In this document: positions 13,901-28,900 of the stretch, one piece after another
How the letters are laid out: each line of letters opens with the position of its first letter
How positions within the stretch are numbered: the stretch's first letter is position 1
DNA from: Tubiluchus corallicola
Lineage: Eukaryota > Animalia > Priapulida
Reading direction: 5' to 3'
DNA length: 64,000 bases
Assembly (NCBI GenBank): GCA_030141605.1
Contig: JAQGDQ010000946.1
Span: 1-64,000 of the forward strand
Translations under genes and position numbers: made by a program
The notes under the pieces: model-generated
The model's input: the letters and a program-made list of their open reading frames with translations, nothing else
Databases searched by the model: none
Told to the model about the DNA's origin: nothing

Positions 13901-16900
13901 TTTATCTGTAAGAAAAATCATAACAAAATATAACAAACTAATTTTACTAAAGAAACAAGGAAATTAATAATAAAGTCAGACTGAATAAACTTACATCATG
14001 GCTCTACTACTCTTGACAAATAAATGGTTTAACTGAGACAAACAACAACAACAACAACTCTCTTAGCCAAGAACAGACTGCCAACTAGCCAGGTAAACTA
14101 GCTGTGTCAGTAGAGCATGACAGAAAGAAGCCAAGTCAAGACATACATACGAATGCAGTTAAAGGACAGCATAGGGGGGTTTACAGAATGAGAGAACACT
14201 GAAGTAATAAAATAACCTAAAATCCTTCACAGTCACCAATCGCTGGAACTGTGAAAAGGCTTAATCGCTTAGTGCAACAAATAAAACATTCCAAGATTTA
14301 TTTTACTCTTTGATTAATCAATAACTGGGATGCTGTGTAGCCATAGATGTTACATGTTGATGTTATCATAGCTCTACTGCCGTTTGGCATACACCAAGCA
14401 AAACAGTGACACGTCTGTCTGTGACTGTTTATGGGGAAATCTTTGTATAACCGTTTTTCTTGCAGTAATTATAAATGACTATCTGAACTAACTATGGCTG
14501 TTCCTTATTTTCAGGCAGGAAAAATCCAGGTATTTGACATAGCTTCCGCAGTGTTGCTGGAGACAGTAGATGCTCACGAAGGTGCAGTGTGGTCTATCTG
14601 TTTGACACCTGACAATGTAAGACTTATTAGCTTATAAATTTCACAGAAATATGCGCTTAGATCATTATTGTTGTGGTTACGGCAATATTGCATATTGACA
14701 AATGTCGAAATTTGCTCAGATATGATGTATAGATACATAATTTTCTGGATGATTTGGACAATGTATATTTTACTTCTTTTAATCATGTCAATTCCCTTTA
14801 TTTAGACTCTGTCAGTGGATGCTTATGTTTTGGCATGATTTAGTTGATACACTAAGGCATTTTGTTCAAAGATCTCAAAATATGATCTTAAGATAGATTT
14901 TTGTAAACAATAATAATAATAATATTAGTATATTTATCATTTTAATGTAAACAATGACCGATTCCTATGTCTTAACAACATATGGACAAAGTTTTATGTA
15001 TATTAGTTATGAATTAATAACGAGTGAAAGAGCTCAATATCGTTATCATATATTTCAATAGCTGATATATTTCATTATACTTCGGAAGCTGTTGTGCCAT
15101 CTGGATTACCATAATCTGTTTTGCATTTTTTGATTTCGAAACGAAGGATGTATTACGTCATAACACTTAGTGAATGCAATACTAATTAGTCACTTCATTT
15201 AACGACAGTCTGTTAGCGTGTCCTGCTCTAGGTGTTTAAACTTTTTTGTTTTGCAAGCAAACGTAAATTCAATAATGAGGGAATAATGTACTGAGTACAG
15301 TGTGGTGTGTGATATTGACCAATCAGATTTGCTGTTGAGATTGTTTGTGTGTTAAGTTATCACGTGTGTTTGTTTGATGCCGTGCTTGGTCAACTTGTGC
15401 ACAAGCTTTGGTAAAATACGATGTAAGATGACTGTGTTGCTAATGTTGTGAATTGTTACATAATTCTTACATTATATGTTCATGTGGCTTAGAAACTAAT
15501 TCTTTATCGTTTTTTAGACAGATAATTTTACGTCTAGTTTACTTGGCAGTTTTTTCGGGGCAAATAAACTGTGATGAAAATCATGAATGACATTAGCTCA
15601 GAGCTGTTTGAATTTTAAATTTCTGAACAAACACATTTTATAAACAATTTGTTCATTTGTTCTTGCTTATGCCTTATTTTTTTATAACCGTATTTTTACT
15701 TATTGTCAAAAAGAGAGACAAAATAAAACCTCTGGCCGCAGTTATTGCTGATAAAGAGGCCCCAGGAAGAAGAAACGGTACACAGGTAATGTGGCTGTTG
15801 AAGATGAAATACATAAAAATAGATTGTGATTTAATACCCTATGAAATACATTCAATAGTATAATTCTACTTACTAATAAAATGTACCACACTGGCAAGCG
15901 AATTGACGAGTATTTTTTATATATGTTTAAACAATATATAAATGATATTGTTTAAACATATATAAAAAAATGATATTGTTTAAACATATATAAAAAATGA
16001 TATTGTTTAAACATATATAAAAAAATGATATTGTTTAAACATATATAAAAAATGATATTGTTTAAACATGTATAAAAAATACTCGTCAATTCGCGTGCCA
16101 GTGTGGTACATTTTATTAGTAAGTAGAATTCTACTATTGAACGTATTTCATAGTATATTAAATCACAATCTATTTTCATGTATTTCATCTTCAACAGCCA
16201 CATTACCTGTGAACTGTTTCTTCTTCCTGAGGCCTCTTTATTGCTTAAATTTGTGCATTTGATTTTACAGCGAGGAATTGTATCTGGTAGCGCCGATAAG
16301 CAGATCAAGTTCTGGAATTTTGAGATGATCTCGCATGAACAAGCTACGACATCAAGGTAGGGTTTTCAAATGCTAGTTTCACAAGTGCACTTATGTTAGA
16401 AATTGTTCTTTTTGATAAATACTATTATTTAGATGTCGCCAGTGCTTAAAAGATTGTTTTGTTTTTCCAGCAAACGGTTAAGCTTGATTCACACTCGCAC
16501 ACTACAGATGTCAGAAGATGTTCTATGTGTGAAGTGCAGCCATGATGGTCGATTGTTAGCTGTTTCATTATTAGACAATACAATTAAGGTGTTTTTTTTG
16601 GATACACTGAAGGTATGTGATTGTGACTTGAAAAATTTTTTAAATTTTCCATAAACTTTATTGACCATTTTTTATATTTGCATCACACTAAGCATGACTT
16701 AGAGAACACAATATTTGCTGATTTGAAAAACTCACATATAGATTGTCCTTATCACATTTTATTACCAATAGATAAGCTTCTTACTGTAAGCTGTTCTGCT
16801 TGAAAATTACTTCTTGTGTGTAAGCATGCGAGTAACATCTTAATTGTTAAAAACCAGATTTGATAACGACAAAACATAAACTTCTATCTTGCACGGTTTC

Positions 16901-19900
16901 AAAAATTTAAATTTTATTTAACCCAAAAATGTTTACTAAAAATTTATCCCCGTGATGTTTGCATGGTACTGCAAAAATAAACGTTAAAAAAAGGAGTTGG
17001 AGTGTTGACTTGAATTGTTTTTTAAAGTACATACACAGTTTTCAATGTAAGCATACTGGAATGTTGCAAAGTAGGTACTTTGTTTTTATTGCTTAGCATG
17101 TTAATAATATTCAGATAGTAATAAGTTGCAAGCCATTTGTAATGCAACTTCCTTTTAATGTAAATAGTAATAAATTGCAAGCCATTTATAATGCAACTTC
17201 ATTTTAATGTAAATAGTAATAAGTTGCAAGCCATTTGTAATGCAACTTCTTTTTAATGTAAATATTAGCAAGTTGCAAGCCATTTGTAATGCAACTTACT
17301 TTTAATGTAAACAATAATAAGTTGCAAGCCATTTGTTAAGCAACTTACTTTTAATGTAAATACTAATAAGTTGCAAGCCATTTGTTATGCAACTTACTTT
17401 TAATGTAAATAGTAATAAGTTGCAAGCCATTTGTAATGCAACTTACTTTTAGTGTAAATAATAATAAGTTGCAAGCCATTTGTAATGCAACTTAATTTTA
17501 GTGTAAATAATAATAAGTTGCAAGCCATTTGTAATGCAACTTTTAATGTAAATAGTAATAAATTGCAAGCCTTTTGTAATGCAACTTCCTTTTAATGTAA
17601 ATACTAATAAGTTGCAAGCCATTTGTAATGCAACTTGCTTTTAAAGGAAATGCTTGTAGCTGGCCAAGAATCTATCTGATTTTTAGCAAGTCATCTAAGT
17701 TAAAAAGACTGTAAATTGAAATATCTTTTGCCTGAAATTACTTACGTAATTCAAACGAGGATTTCCTCACAATTTCCCGCAGTACTGCCTGCGTATTATT
17801 ACGCATTCATCCAACTATAAACGATTTCTCTTAGTTGCTAATAATGTGCGATTTTTCTCTTTCTAGTTTTTCTTATCTCTGTACGGTCATAAGTTGCCTG
17901 TGTTGTCTCTGGACATTTCAACTGATAATACATTGTTGGTTAGCGGGTCAGCTGATCGCAATGTTAAATTGTGGGGCATGGATTTCGGTGATTGCCACAA
18001 GTCAATATTTGCTCATGATGATAGGTAAGTTCACATTTTACTTGTTACTAAAGTTTTACTTCCGTACTTGCAATTATTTATGTTATCAAACATGCGTTTT
18101 TCTGTTTTAATGACATTTTAATAGCAGACATGCAAGGTTAATAATAATCATTCTTATGTTGATAAAATGTTACTAGCCATCAATGATGAATAAATGAAGT
18201 CTTTTTTACGTATTTTATTACCCATTATCAGTATTCTCTCTCTGTACTGAAAATTGAGATAAGCAGTCAATGAATATTTAATGTAACGTACTCATTTTGT
18301 ACGCAAATATATGTCAGTAAGCCTTTTCGCAGTTTCGTTTTGCACACGCGCAGTTCCTGTAGGTCAAAAGTTAAATGTACCGCAGCAATACATCTGAACT
18401 ACAACTGTTACGCAATATGTGGATAAAGCAAAGCCATCTGCTGTATTAGTTCAGTAACCTGAACTTTACTTAATTATGAATTAGTCTGTGCATAGAGTGA
18501 TTTACTAGCAGGATCTTGTTTGGAAACAAGAAAAAATGATATAGGTAAAGTTCTAGCTAGCTGTTAAAACTGTTACTATTACAGTAGCATGGGCTGTGAG
18601 GCGTTGCCAAGTGTACATAAATGCGCTGTCACGCACACTTTAACTTTTGACCTATTCACGATCATCATCAATCGCTGGAACTGTGACAATGTTTTGAATG
18701 CAAAACTTAACTTAAACATAACTTAACAGAACGTAAAAGAATGCAAAACTTTTGTATTAAGCATATTAAATTTTACAAAACTATCTGTACGTTTTGTAAT
18801 TTAATGTGGCCTAAATGTATTACAAATATATTAATAAAAGTAATGCATTTTGTTTAATATGAGACCATTGATATGCTTTAACCTGAGCTATGATTTTGTA
18901 ATAACATTTGTTAGATTAATTACAATTATAATGATATTAAATTAGAAAAAAAGGTTCACGTTGCTTTCAAAATTTAAGAACCGGCGTTTTCCATGTGATA
19001 TCCTCCGCCTAGTTTCGAGATACAGTGTGAGCATCCCCACAAGTCTACAGCACCTGGTATTCCTAGGCGGTCACTCATCAAAGTACTAACCAGACTCTAC
19101 GTTGCTTAACTTCGGTGATCAGACGGAACTGGTGTTTTCAACGTGATTTGGCCGTAGATTTGGATAATGTGTACACAGTCTTTATCACACAATGACGTTC
19201 ATAACAAATTTAGAATCCGGTTTGATACTAAAGTGGATAGCAGCAAAGCTTCGTCCGAGTTTGCCTCAGGCTGCTTAAGCTTTGCACATCATTATTGTGT
19301 ATTTTTCCAATCATATAAATCACTTCATGTTTTCTCGGATTTATTTTACTAAGTTGTGAAAGTTGAAAAAGGAAAAATGCTATGAACACATTTTCTAAGA
19401 TTATTATTTCAAAGGCAATGCTAAAACAGGTCTTATCAGTTTTAACAATCAGGCTTAAAGCAGTTCTTTCAATATATTGTTGTTTACTGTATGTTGTATG
19501 ATAGTTATTAATTTTGACCAAACAGCATGCAGAAAAAAACGTTGTAGCGGCGCCTGGTGGGACTCTCGGAAGGAGATATATAGCTCTTTAGAAAGAGGAG
19601 GAACAGGGCTACACGATGATGTGGGCCATACTTTAGTACACGTCCACTAAGAGGAGTATCGACGAGTTAATTAGATGTTCTATTTTCTGCAATTTTCGCT
19701 TAGAAAACTCTAATAATTTGCATTATTTTTCAGTTGTCCTGTAAACGTTTTTTTTAAATTTCTTTTTTTAGTATCATGTGTGTGCAGTTTATACCAAACA
19801 CGCACATGTTTGTCTCTTGCGGGAAGGATAAAAATGTGAAGCAATGGGACGGCGACACTTTTGAGAAAATCTTGACGTTGCAGGTATTGCTTTCCTGTGT

Positions 19901-22900
19901 TTGTGTTATTTTGAGTTTTTGTACTTACTACAGATGTGGGGGTTGCAAACCTAAACTGTTCATAAGTGGGCATAGTTAAAACTACGTTATGATGCTTCAA
20001 AGTAGAATGACCCAAAAACTTGCTCAAATGTGAATTTTTGTTTTTTATAAAAACAAATGCAATATATATTGCATTTTTATATTCTAGCATCAAGAAAATG
20101 ACCAAAAAATACTAAAAACTTAATTTTAAAACACTTTACCCACTTTTCTGGCTAAAAACTAGTCATGCAATTGTAAAAAGCTTGCATTTTCAAACTCCAA
20201 TAGTAGCTTACGGAAGCAATCATTTTGCTTTAGGTTTTTTCTACTGCCAAGCCCAGATCTTCGTCGGGAACAGCCATCTGCTGGCCTTAAATAGAACTTC
20301 AATGTGTTCTTGTAAAGTCCGTAGTAACTAATATTTGTGCGGTTGTTAAGTGTTTTGCAGAAATGCGACAAAAAAACAATGGCCAACTTTAACAGTGATT
20401 TTCTCAAGATTATGTTCTTCACTGCATAGCCTGCACCTCAACTTCAACGTGGATTATCTCAGCTTACAAATAACATAGAGCCATGAAGTTGGTATCAAAA
20501 TGATCCTCATGGAATGGAGAGTTAGGCTGTGTGAATAGCTAGAACAGCTTAACTGCTGACCATAACTACGCATATTACATTTGAGCAGTAAGCCTGTAAG
20601 GACAGTAAAGACTTGATAATCTGTTCGCACTTTTTTGAACAATTTTTTATTTCATTGCATTGCTACTACCATGAGATTAATTTTGGATTACTCACTTATA
20701 AGATAGGTTTGGCCTTTAGGCTGGTCTTTTCTCTTTGTTTTTCGTGTAATACGTTTTAGCCACTTTTTATCTTGTGAAAACTTAATAGAGCAACAAACGA
20801 CGTAGACAGACAGTTGGACAGAAAAACCCAATAACCAGTAACCCAGTTCTTTGCATTCCAAACCAGTTTATTTGTGCCAATATGATAGCATGAATGTAAA
20901 ATTTTTAAAAAGCAGTCTTCAAGCTGTATTAGTTGTTTTTTTTGGCTAGATTTGTAATGATTGTTTGTTTAACGAGTTACCTATGCTGGATACAATCAAT
21001 TCAGTGAAATTGTTTTAAAGAAGTTAAGAATTTAGTTGGTAGGCTATTGTTTGCAATTTGTGTTTGCATAGCCAAATTAAGTTAGCTTTTAATTAGTTAG
21101 TTTTCCCTATAGAATTCTGCTTTACTAATTTTGTTTTCACTTTGTTTTGCGTAAATTGGCATGACTTTATTTGCCATAATTTGCTATTAATTTAATTTTG
21201 ATCTGTTTTTCGTATTCTATTCTTTATTTTTTTCTAATAATATTTGCTCGCCATGCTGAAATTAGTACTCACTATTTAGGGATGGCAGACTAGATGACCT
21301 TTTGGTCTTTCACCATCCCGTCCTTCTCTAAACTTTGTAACTCGTTGTTATATACTATCTATGATTGTTATACTGAAGGCAAAAAATAAGTTATTGTTAT
21401 TGTTGTTGTTGTTGTTGTTGTTGCTGCTGTTGTTGCTGTTGTTGTTGTTGTTGTTGTTGTTGTGGTGGTGGTTGTGGTGGCGGTGGCGGTGGTTGTTGCT
21501 GTTGTTATACCCATGAGCATAATGGGTACAGTGCACTATTTTGGTGAATGTTTGTTATTATGAATGCTGATAGTTTGCACTAAACTCATACAGAACTCTT
21601 CTCTCTTCTGTCACAAAATTATTTGGTTTTGAAAACGTTTCCTTTGGCTGGCAAACTAATCTGCTACGCGCTCTCTATTACACGAAAACTTAATGGCAGT
21701 AAGCTTACACCATTAGTAATTTAGCATAGATGTTCAAGTAGATCTTTTTCTTACTAGGGTCACCATGCAGAGGTGTGGTGTGTAGCTGTTAGTCCTAGTG
21801 GTAACTACATTGTGTCAGCCTCCCATGACAAGTCACTGAGGTTGTGGGAGAAATCACAGGAACCACTAGTACTGCAGGAAGAGCAGGAAGAGGAACGGGA
21901 AATGGAATATGAAGCCAGTGTGGTACAGACCAGAGATACAGTGGTATGTAGAAATTTGTTGCCTTACTGTATCTTTTAGCTTTGCACTAAAAAAAATATC
22001 TGATGCCTATACAGTAGGCATCGTTTATTTGATTCACATTTCATAGAATCAGTTGCTTAATTGACTCAAGAACGGCTGGAACTGGCTGCCCCGATTCAAA
22101 TGTGTATAAAACTGTTAGTAATTGACTCAAATAACTCTGCATCTTTTGAAGTAATCACAAAAACTTTTATTTTAAATTCAATATTACAGAAAAAGTAAAA
22201 TATGTGGCAGTTTCTTCGCTTCCAATGAGTAGACTAAAAAACGTGCTCAATTCTGATTGGCTGACCTACTAAATGCACATAACGAAGCCATGTTTTACAG
22301 GCAATTCTAAATAAGTACAACTTTAGATTAAAGAGCAAGCAGAGAAAAATCTTACGAACACTGCATGATTGACTCAATATTTTTACTTCACGTACTTAAA
22401 ATAAGATACTTGTGTGTGACAAAGAGCTTTTACTGATTTTACATCATTTTTATGTCGCTTTTATGTGTTTGTGTCACTGCGTATAATATACGTAGAAGTA
22501 GCCATGTTAAATACAGTTTGTATATAAGAAGGTACAGTACATTTATTATATGCGCTAATATGTTAGCGTAGCGGGTTTGCTTTCAATCTGTCACCCTGCT
22601 GTAGTAACCTCGTTGTTTCTGGTAGCTAAACATTTGACCTTAAACTTGACCAGCGGTTTGCTTTTGAAGTTCCGGCTGCTTTTCGCAAGGTCATCACCAA
22701 CTGCAGTTCAAGCACTATACGTACAATATGTACACTATACAGCAACAGATTTTCAACTTTTTTTATCAACATGAGAATTTCATAAACCAACTTCTTTGTG
22801 AAGAAATGAAGCAGCCGACCTTGCGTGTAATTTTTTAGTTTTAATAATTAGATTTGTGCATTTTTTTCTTTCTTTATTAATTCACTTATGTAAAGTATGT

Positions 22901-25900
22901 TTCTTAAATAATTGCACATAGGAATTTTGACGTTAATTCGTTTCTAAAATTCATTTAAAGCCTTTGCAATGCATTCTAAAGTGGTAAGTCATGACTCATA
23001 CTTCTATAGTAATAGGCAACAACCATCGGCATCCGTTAATTGAATCAGTCGGTTAATCGGGTCAGAACACTTCCATCCCAAGTGAGTCTATTAAACGGCG
23101 TCTAGCGTAAGTGCATCCAAGAATTCCAAATGTGCAAATTAGAACCTTGTGCCAGAGTTTAAATTTTCAAGTTTTATTCAATATCTCAACAATAATACAA
23201 GCCTTGTATGCAGCAAGACGGCATGTAGGTGATACGTACAACTTTAAGAATATATTTTTAGCTTTATATAACAATGGTGTTTCGTTGTGCTTTAACGAAT
23301 TGCAGGCTGTCTTATTGCAACCCGTGTTTTATCATGTTTATTTTGATATTATTTTCTCACCTCGAAGTTGTTTTCCATAGCGCACATTCTCTTATTCACG
23401 CCTGTTGTCTAGTCCTTTGTGATACTTGCCTCTGTTTTCTTATCATGTGGGAATTGTGCATTTTTTGAACTCCTCTTCTGAACTCTTATTTCATTTTCTC
23501 TATCTTTGTCTATTATTTTATCTTAACTATCTATCAATCTTTTATATCATCTCACATATGAGCTTCATTCATTACACCATTCCATTCTGTAGCACTAATG
23601 TTTTGTTTATCATACGATTCACTTCAAATTTTCAGATTATTTTCATTATTATTTTTTCTTTCACAGTATGGGACGATCTAACCCCAAGCCCTGCTTTTTC
23701 ATTGCCCGCAACACATTTACATTTGTATATATAGCAAACCTAAACTATGGTATTTCTAAACTAGTTATGTGCTCAAAGTAAACTGTATACGCATTTACTA
23801 AGCAACATACAACAGTGATAATTCTCTTGTTTATCTTTCAACCCCACAGTGTTTTGAGAGTCTAGTTAGTATATTTGTAATGATGCTGTACATAACGTTG
23901 TTTAGACACCAGTATTAAAGGACGTAGCGATATCACTATCTTTGTTTACCATAGGTCTAAAGACGATTTAAATCATTTTTTTCGAAATTTGCTTCCTATT
24001 ATGTATCTTACTGTTTGTTATTCATCGAATTATTGATAACTTTTTGTTTCTTTTAATGTATTAATTGTGTATTTGTGTTGATGTGAAATAAGTAAATAAT
24101 AAAAATAAAAATTTGTTCTAGATTCCTGGTGAGGCTTCGGTTAAGGAAGCTGCTTTGGCAGGAAAGAAGACCATTGAGACTTACAAAGCGGTTTGTAATT
24201 AGTTTGTGCTTACATAGTTAACATGTAGGCAGGTTATGGCATGATATTTGTAATGGACATTCAACGTACACTCACATCTCGGTTTGCCAGACAAAAGAGG
24301 GGAGACGTCCGTCCGAATTTGCGGATTGTCTGTGTTTTCCGATACTAAACAATACAGTAAGTGTATTAGATTCATGGTAATGTAGAATTAATTCACCTAA
24401 CTGTCTCAAAAACATCAAGTACGGGCCGCTCCTATGCAAAACTGTATAAAAACTGTCGCAATTGACTCAAATAACTCTGCATAATTGACTCTATATTTTT
24501 ATGCATAGATATGTACACATGGTTATGCTGATGTAAGGTATGTAAACAAAGTGACGCCCCGTCATTTAGTGGTCCACCTGCCAAATAACAGACTGTTTTC
24601 ATAGTATGTGGGACTTTTAATGGACTAGATTTTGTCCAAATTTTCCGATAACCGTAAAAGCGAGGTCCGGCAAACCGAGATATGAAAATATAAATTTCAT
24701 AGTGGCCTAGTGTATTTAAAGGTAGACCGGACGATTGTTTAGACTCAATCTCATTTTAATTTACTGTCCTAAATATACATTTTCTTGCCTATAAAAGTTA
24801 ACAGTTTTTCCTTATATTTGAATAATTAGCTTAGAAAGTTAATTAACAGCAACCGAACACAGCTATTGCTTACGTCAGAAACTAACCACAGTTTGTGGAA
24901 TGGCAGGCATATTCCCTTGTGCTTCAAGCACATTTGCATAAGTGTTACAGTACTGCTTAAATGCATGATGTCACGAAAAATGGGCTTTGCATCATATGAC
25001 TTCAGAAACTAACACTGTAGTTCATGATCATACTTATCACGGCACCGCCTTCTATTTGTCGGCCACACGCACGTGACAAAAAGGCTCCACTGCCAATCTT
25101 AGTAGATTCACTGAGATGCGCGTAGCTTTGAAAGTTTAACAAAATTTGAATAGCCGAGGAATTATTGTTTAATCTGAGCTTTGATTTGAGAAAAAACTAT
25201 TGCAGTTTTCAATATTTTAGAGCATTCTTAATTTTGAACTAAGAACTAAGGCTTGTGAATGAGTAGCAAAAGAACAAAGAAGTCATCTTGGTCACCCATC
25301 CATCCTACATGTTCTATTATTAACAACATATAGGTACTCTCTAGGTGGCATCTGGGCAATTGAAATATTACAATTGCTTACTAGATAGTTAATTTATATT
25401 TATGTCACATTTGATGAATTACAATTACTTTAGAAAATAATTTATTTATATATTTATATATTAATTGTTTAAACTAATTGTAACTTATCAAAGGAATATA
25501 AACATAAATTAATTATTTCCTGTAACTGTAATATTTCAATTGCCAAATTCTGTCTAACAGATTGACTATATTTTATTAGTAATAGCCCATATTTTCCTAT
25601 ATAAGTCATCACTAACTCTTGCATTTAATTATGATATTATTATGTATCTTGTGATTAGGGGTGAGCATTCTCTACCAGAAAGCGAATTCGAATCGAACTG
25701 AATTTGTGACTTTCGAATTCGAATCGAACCGAACTTCAGTGTTTCGAATTCGAATCGAACCGAACTTCAGTGTTTCGAACCGAATTCGAATTGAGATTGA
25801 ACGATTTTCGAACCACCAGGAAAAATTAGTCTTACAAAGATCATGTGTATCACTAGATTTTGTTCTGCAATAAAACGACTAGTAATTTGCTTAGAGTTGT

Positions 25901-28900
25901 GCGCAGAAATAACAACTAAATTATGTTAATTGCATGATGTTTCAATCGTTTTAATGATCAGGAACATATGTGATTGAAGTGCTGAATTATTCGAATCTAG
26001 TTTTGGATTCGAATCGAGTTCGAACTAAAAAAACTCGTTCGAATCGAATTCGAGCGTTCGATGCTCACCCCTACTACTGTTACTAGTTCTGTAATAAAGT
26101 TCTCAAGTATGAAAAAAATGTATATGTTTGAAATTTAGTTTTTCAAAACACACACTGCCTTGTCACACAGTTTGTAGACAGCTCTTGTTACTCATTGTTG
26201 GCTTCAGTGGAATTTGCATCTTTTCTACATGCTCAGACAATATTTCGTTCATCTTTGAAGACAAATATTCGTGGCAGATGGAATACTAATTGTGAAACAG
26301 GGGGATTCTATGCGAATGTTCAATCAGAGTCTGTACTAAATACTTAACACTTTCAGTCCCAAATTATTTTTAAAAAAAAAAAATTTTTTTTGGCTTGTTA
26401 CTTTTGTTCAGTATGTCCATCTTTGTTTACACATAGTAATTATGCTATGCTGATCTGTACAAAGTCATCTCTAAAGTACTGTACCTTGCGCAGTTTTTTA
26501 TGCTATGTAGATTTTCTAGTTTGCCATTTTATCACCATTTTTAGTCTTTTGTTATTGGCTTAACTAAAAATAACTATTAACAGATCAAATAACTGTCAGT
26601 TTTAAACTTTTATTCATTTTAAAGGCAGAAAATATTCTCGTATCCCACGGGATACAACGGGTATGAAAGGGTTAAAGAAGCCACATAATGCATTTTGGCA
26701 GTAGACGTAAAATATGAGCTGTGTGGAGTATGAAAGTGTGTTTTCCTGGCAGAATGAGACGTTTCATCATGCAACTGTGGCCAGTGTAATTGCAATAATT
26801 AAACTTGTATAATCAATTTTATTTTAGGCTGAAAGATTAATGGAAGCAGTAAACGTTTATCGAGAGGATATCCAGAAGAGGACAATGCGTGAGCAGGAGC
26901 ATCTAGGACCGGATGAAAAAGTAAGTTGCAAAACAGTGGTGTTAGCTTAATCAAGTTATCTTAATTTTACATACTATTAACATATAATAGTCTTTCTATC
27001 TTTTATATCATCCCATATATGAGCTTCATTCATTACATCATTCCATTTTAAGCACTAAATTTTTTTTATCATACGATTCACTTTAAATTTTCGGATTATT
27101 TCCATTACTTTTTTTTTCTTTCACTGTGTGGGACAATCTAACAAGCCCTGCTTTTTGATTACCCGCAACACATTTACCTTTGTATATAGGTGAACAGTGT
27201 TTGAGGCTTTTCCTGTGCAGTATTTCTTATTTGTATTATGTTCATTGTAGGCCCTTTCACTTGATATTGTACATGAAACTATTGTAAATGTGTAATATGA
27301 AATAAATGACTTATCACTTAATTTCGTGTTAACATGTAATTATAATTGAGTTAGTGTAAATTGCAATGGTGAATAAAATGTTACTTTATATAGATTGACA
27401 TTAGATAATTTATAGTGAGGAATAAGGAAGTTTTATAGAATTTGCACCTGTAGATGGTACCCTAGCGTCAGGTAGCATTCACTTTTATGTTGTCATGTGT
27501 CAAAGTTTTTTTTTTGGATAGAATTTAATGGCACATTTCGATGTGTTTTTAACGGTATCTCTGAGTTTTTTGTGATGGCGTTGTTTTTTGTGTGTTCTTT
27601 TTGGCTGAACTTCCTTTTTTCTGCAAAAGTTCACTAACAAAAGTCCACTGAAACAGTTGTAGGAAATTTTGTTTTTCATATAAATTCTGTTAAAATAAGT
27701 TCGTGCAACCTAGTTAATAATATCGTTTGACTTTTGTAAATGAGAATTTTTTGTAATTTATTATTACATTTATCTAAATTTTAGATGTTAATCAACTATT
27801 TCGCTTTACAGCAAACAGGAGATCTTCCTTTACATCCTCTGTGTGTAGCATACGGCAGTATTTCAGCAGAGAGGCTTGTCTTGGAGATTTTACGTAAAAT
27901 CAGATCAAGGTTTGTGCATTGGTCATAGTGAAATTTGTAGGCAGTGTGTTTTATGATTGTTGCAACTTGTAATTTTTCGGGTAAAGAGCCAATTATCCTC
28001 GTTTCATGAACTATTGCAATGATGGTTGCACGTGGCATAAGCCATGGACGATTATTGAAGCCAGTTAGATAGTCGGCCATTATTATTTTGGACATCTGTT
28101 AGAGTGTGCACAGATGCAGACATTGTTACTAAGCTTTGCAAAATTTAAAATAAAAGATTTCTCATGCTGTACATTTGTACACAAACACTAAATTGATGTC
28201 ATTGTTTTTAATTGTAATGCAGTAGTGTTTGGCTCTCTTAATTCTGTTCCATTTGTCTATGAAATGACCATTATTGACAAACATGCAATGTTTTGTACTT
28301 AGCACTCAGTATTGGCTATATTGGACAAAGTTAGGCATCTAAATCAAATTGATTCGTGTTTATTATATAGTCCAGGAATGGTTTAAATGTGTATTTATTA
28401 AACAGTCAGAACACATATGTATTTACAGCATATTGAAACGTAAAATGCACAATCTATGAAACAGAAGGCAAGGCAGCCTATTTAAACTTGTCTGCACGGC
28501 TAATTAACAAATTCTATTATAAATGTGACTCAATCAATTACAAATGAATAGAAATGATAAATCACAAGCAATTGGAAAATACAATATTACACCAATAATA
28601 GGTAAACACTATTAATAAACAAGCAAAGAATAAACGACCACCATTGTAAGATTATAATATTAATCAATAATAAAACAAATGCAAAAAGTATATTTGACAA
28701 TAACTTCTTGTGGTGTGCTAGTAAAACAGAATCTTGTAAATAAACAAATTATGAAAGTCATGTTTGAAGTTGTAGATAACTCACTTTGTAGAACAAGAAT
28801 AAACAACTATACGACATGTTTGCACAAAACTGAAAAGTGTTTATTAGACTACATACACATATGTAGAATGACTGCTACACTGAGAACAATAGTGTCCTGC

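Noticed and set aside
19041-19159. Functional 5S rRNA gene
   Set aside because: Multiple substitutions in conserved helix and box positions, no adjacent oligo-T terminator, isolated intronic copy.
25680-26060. Heat-shock element cluster
   Set aside because: TTC/GAA triplets are mostly directly adjacent rather than in nGAAnnTTCn spacing; explained as MITE subterminal repeats.
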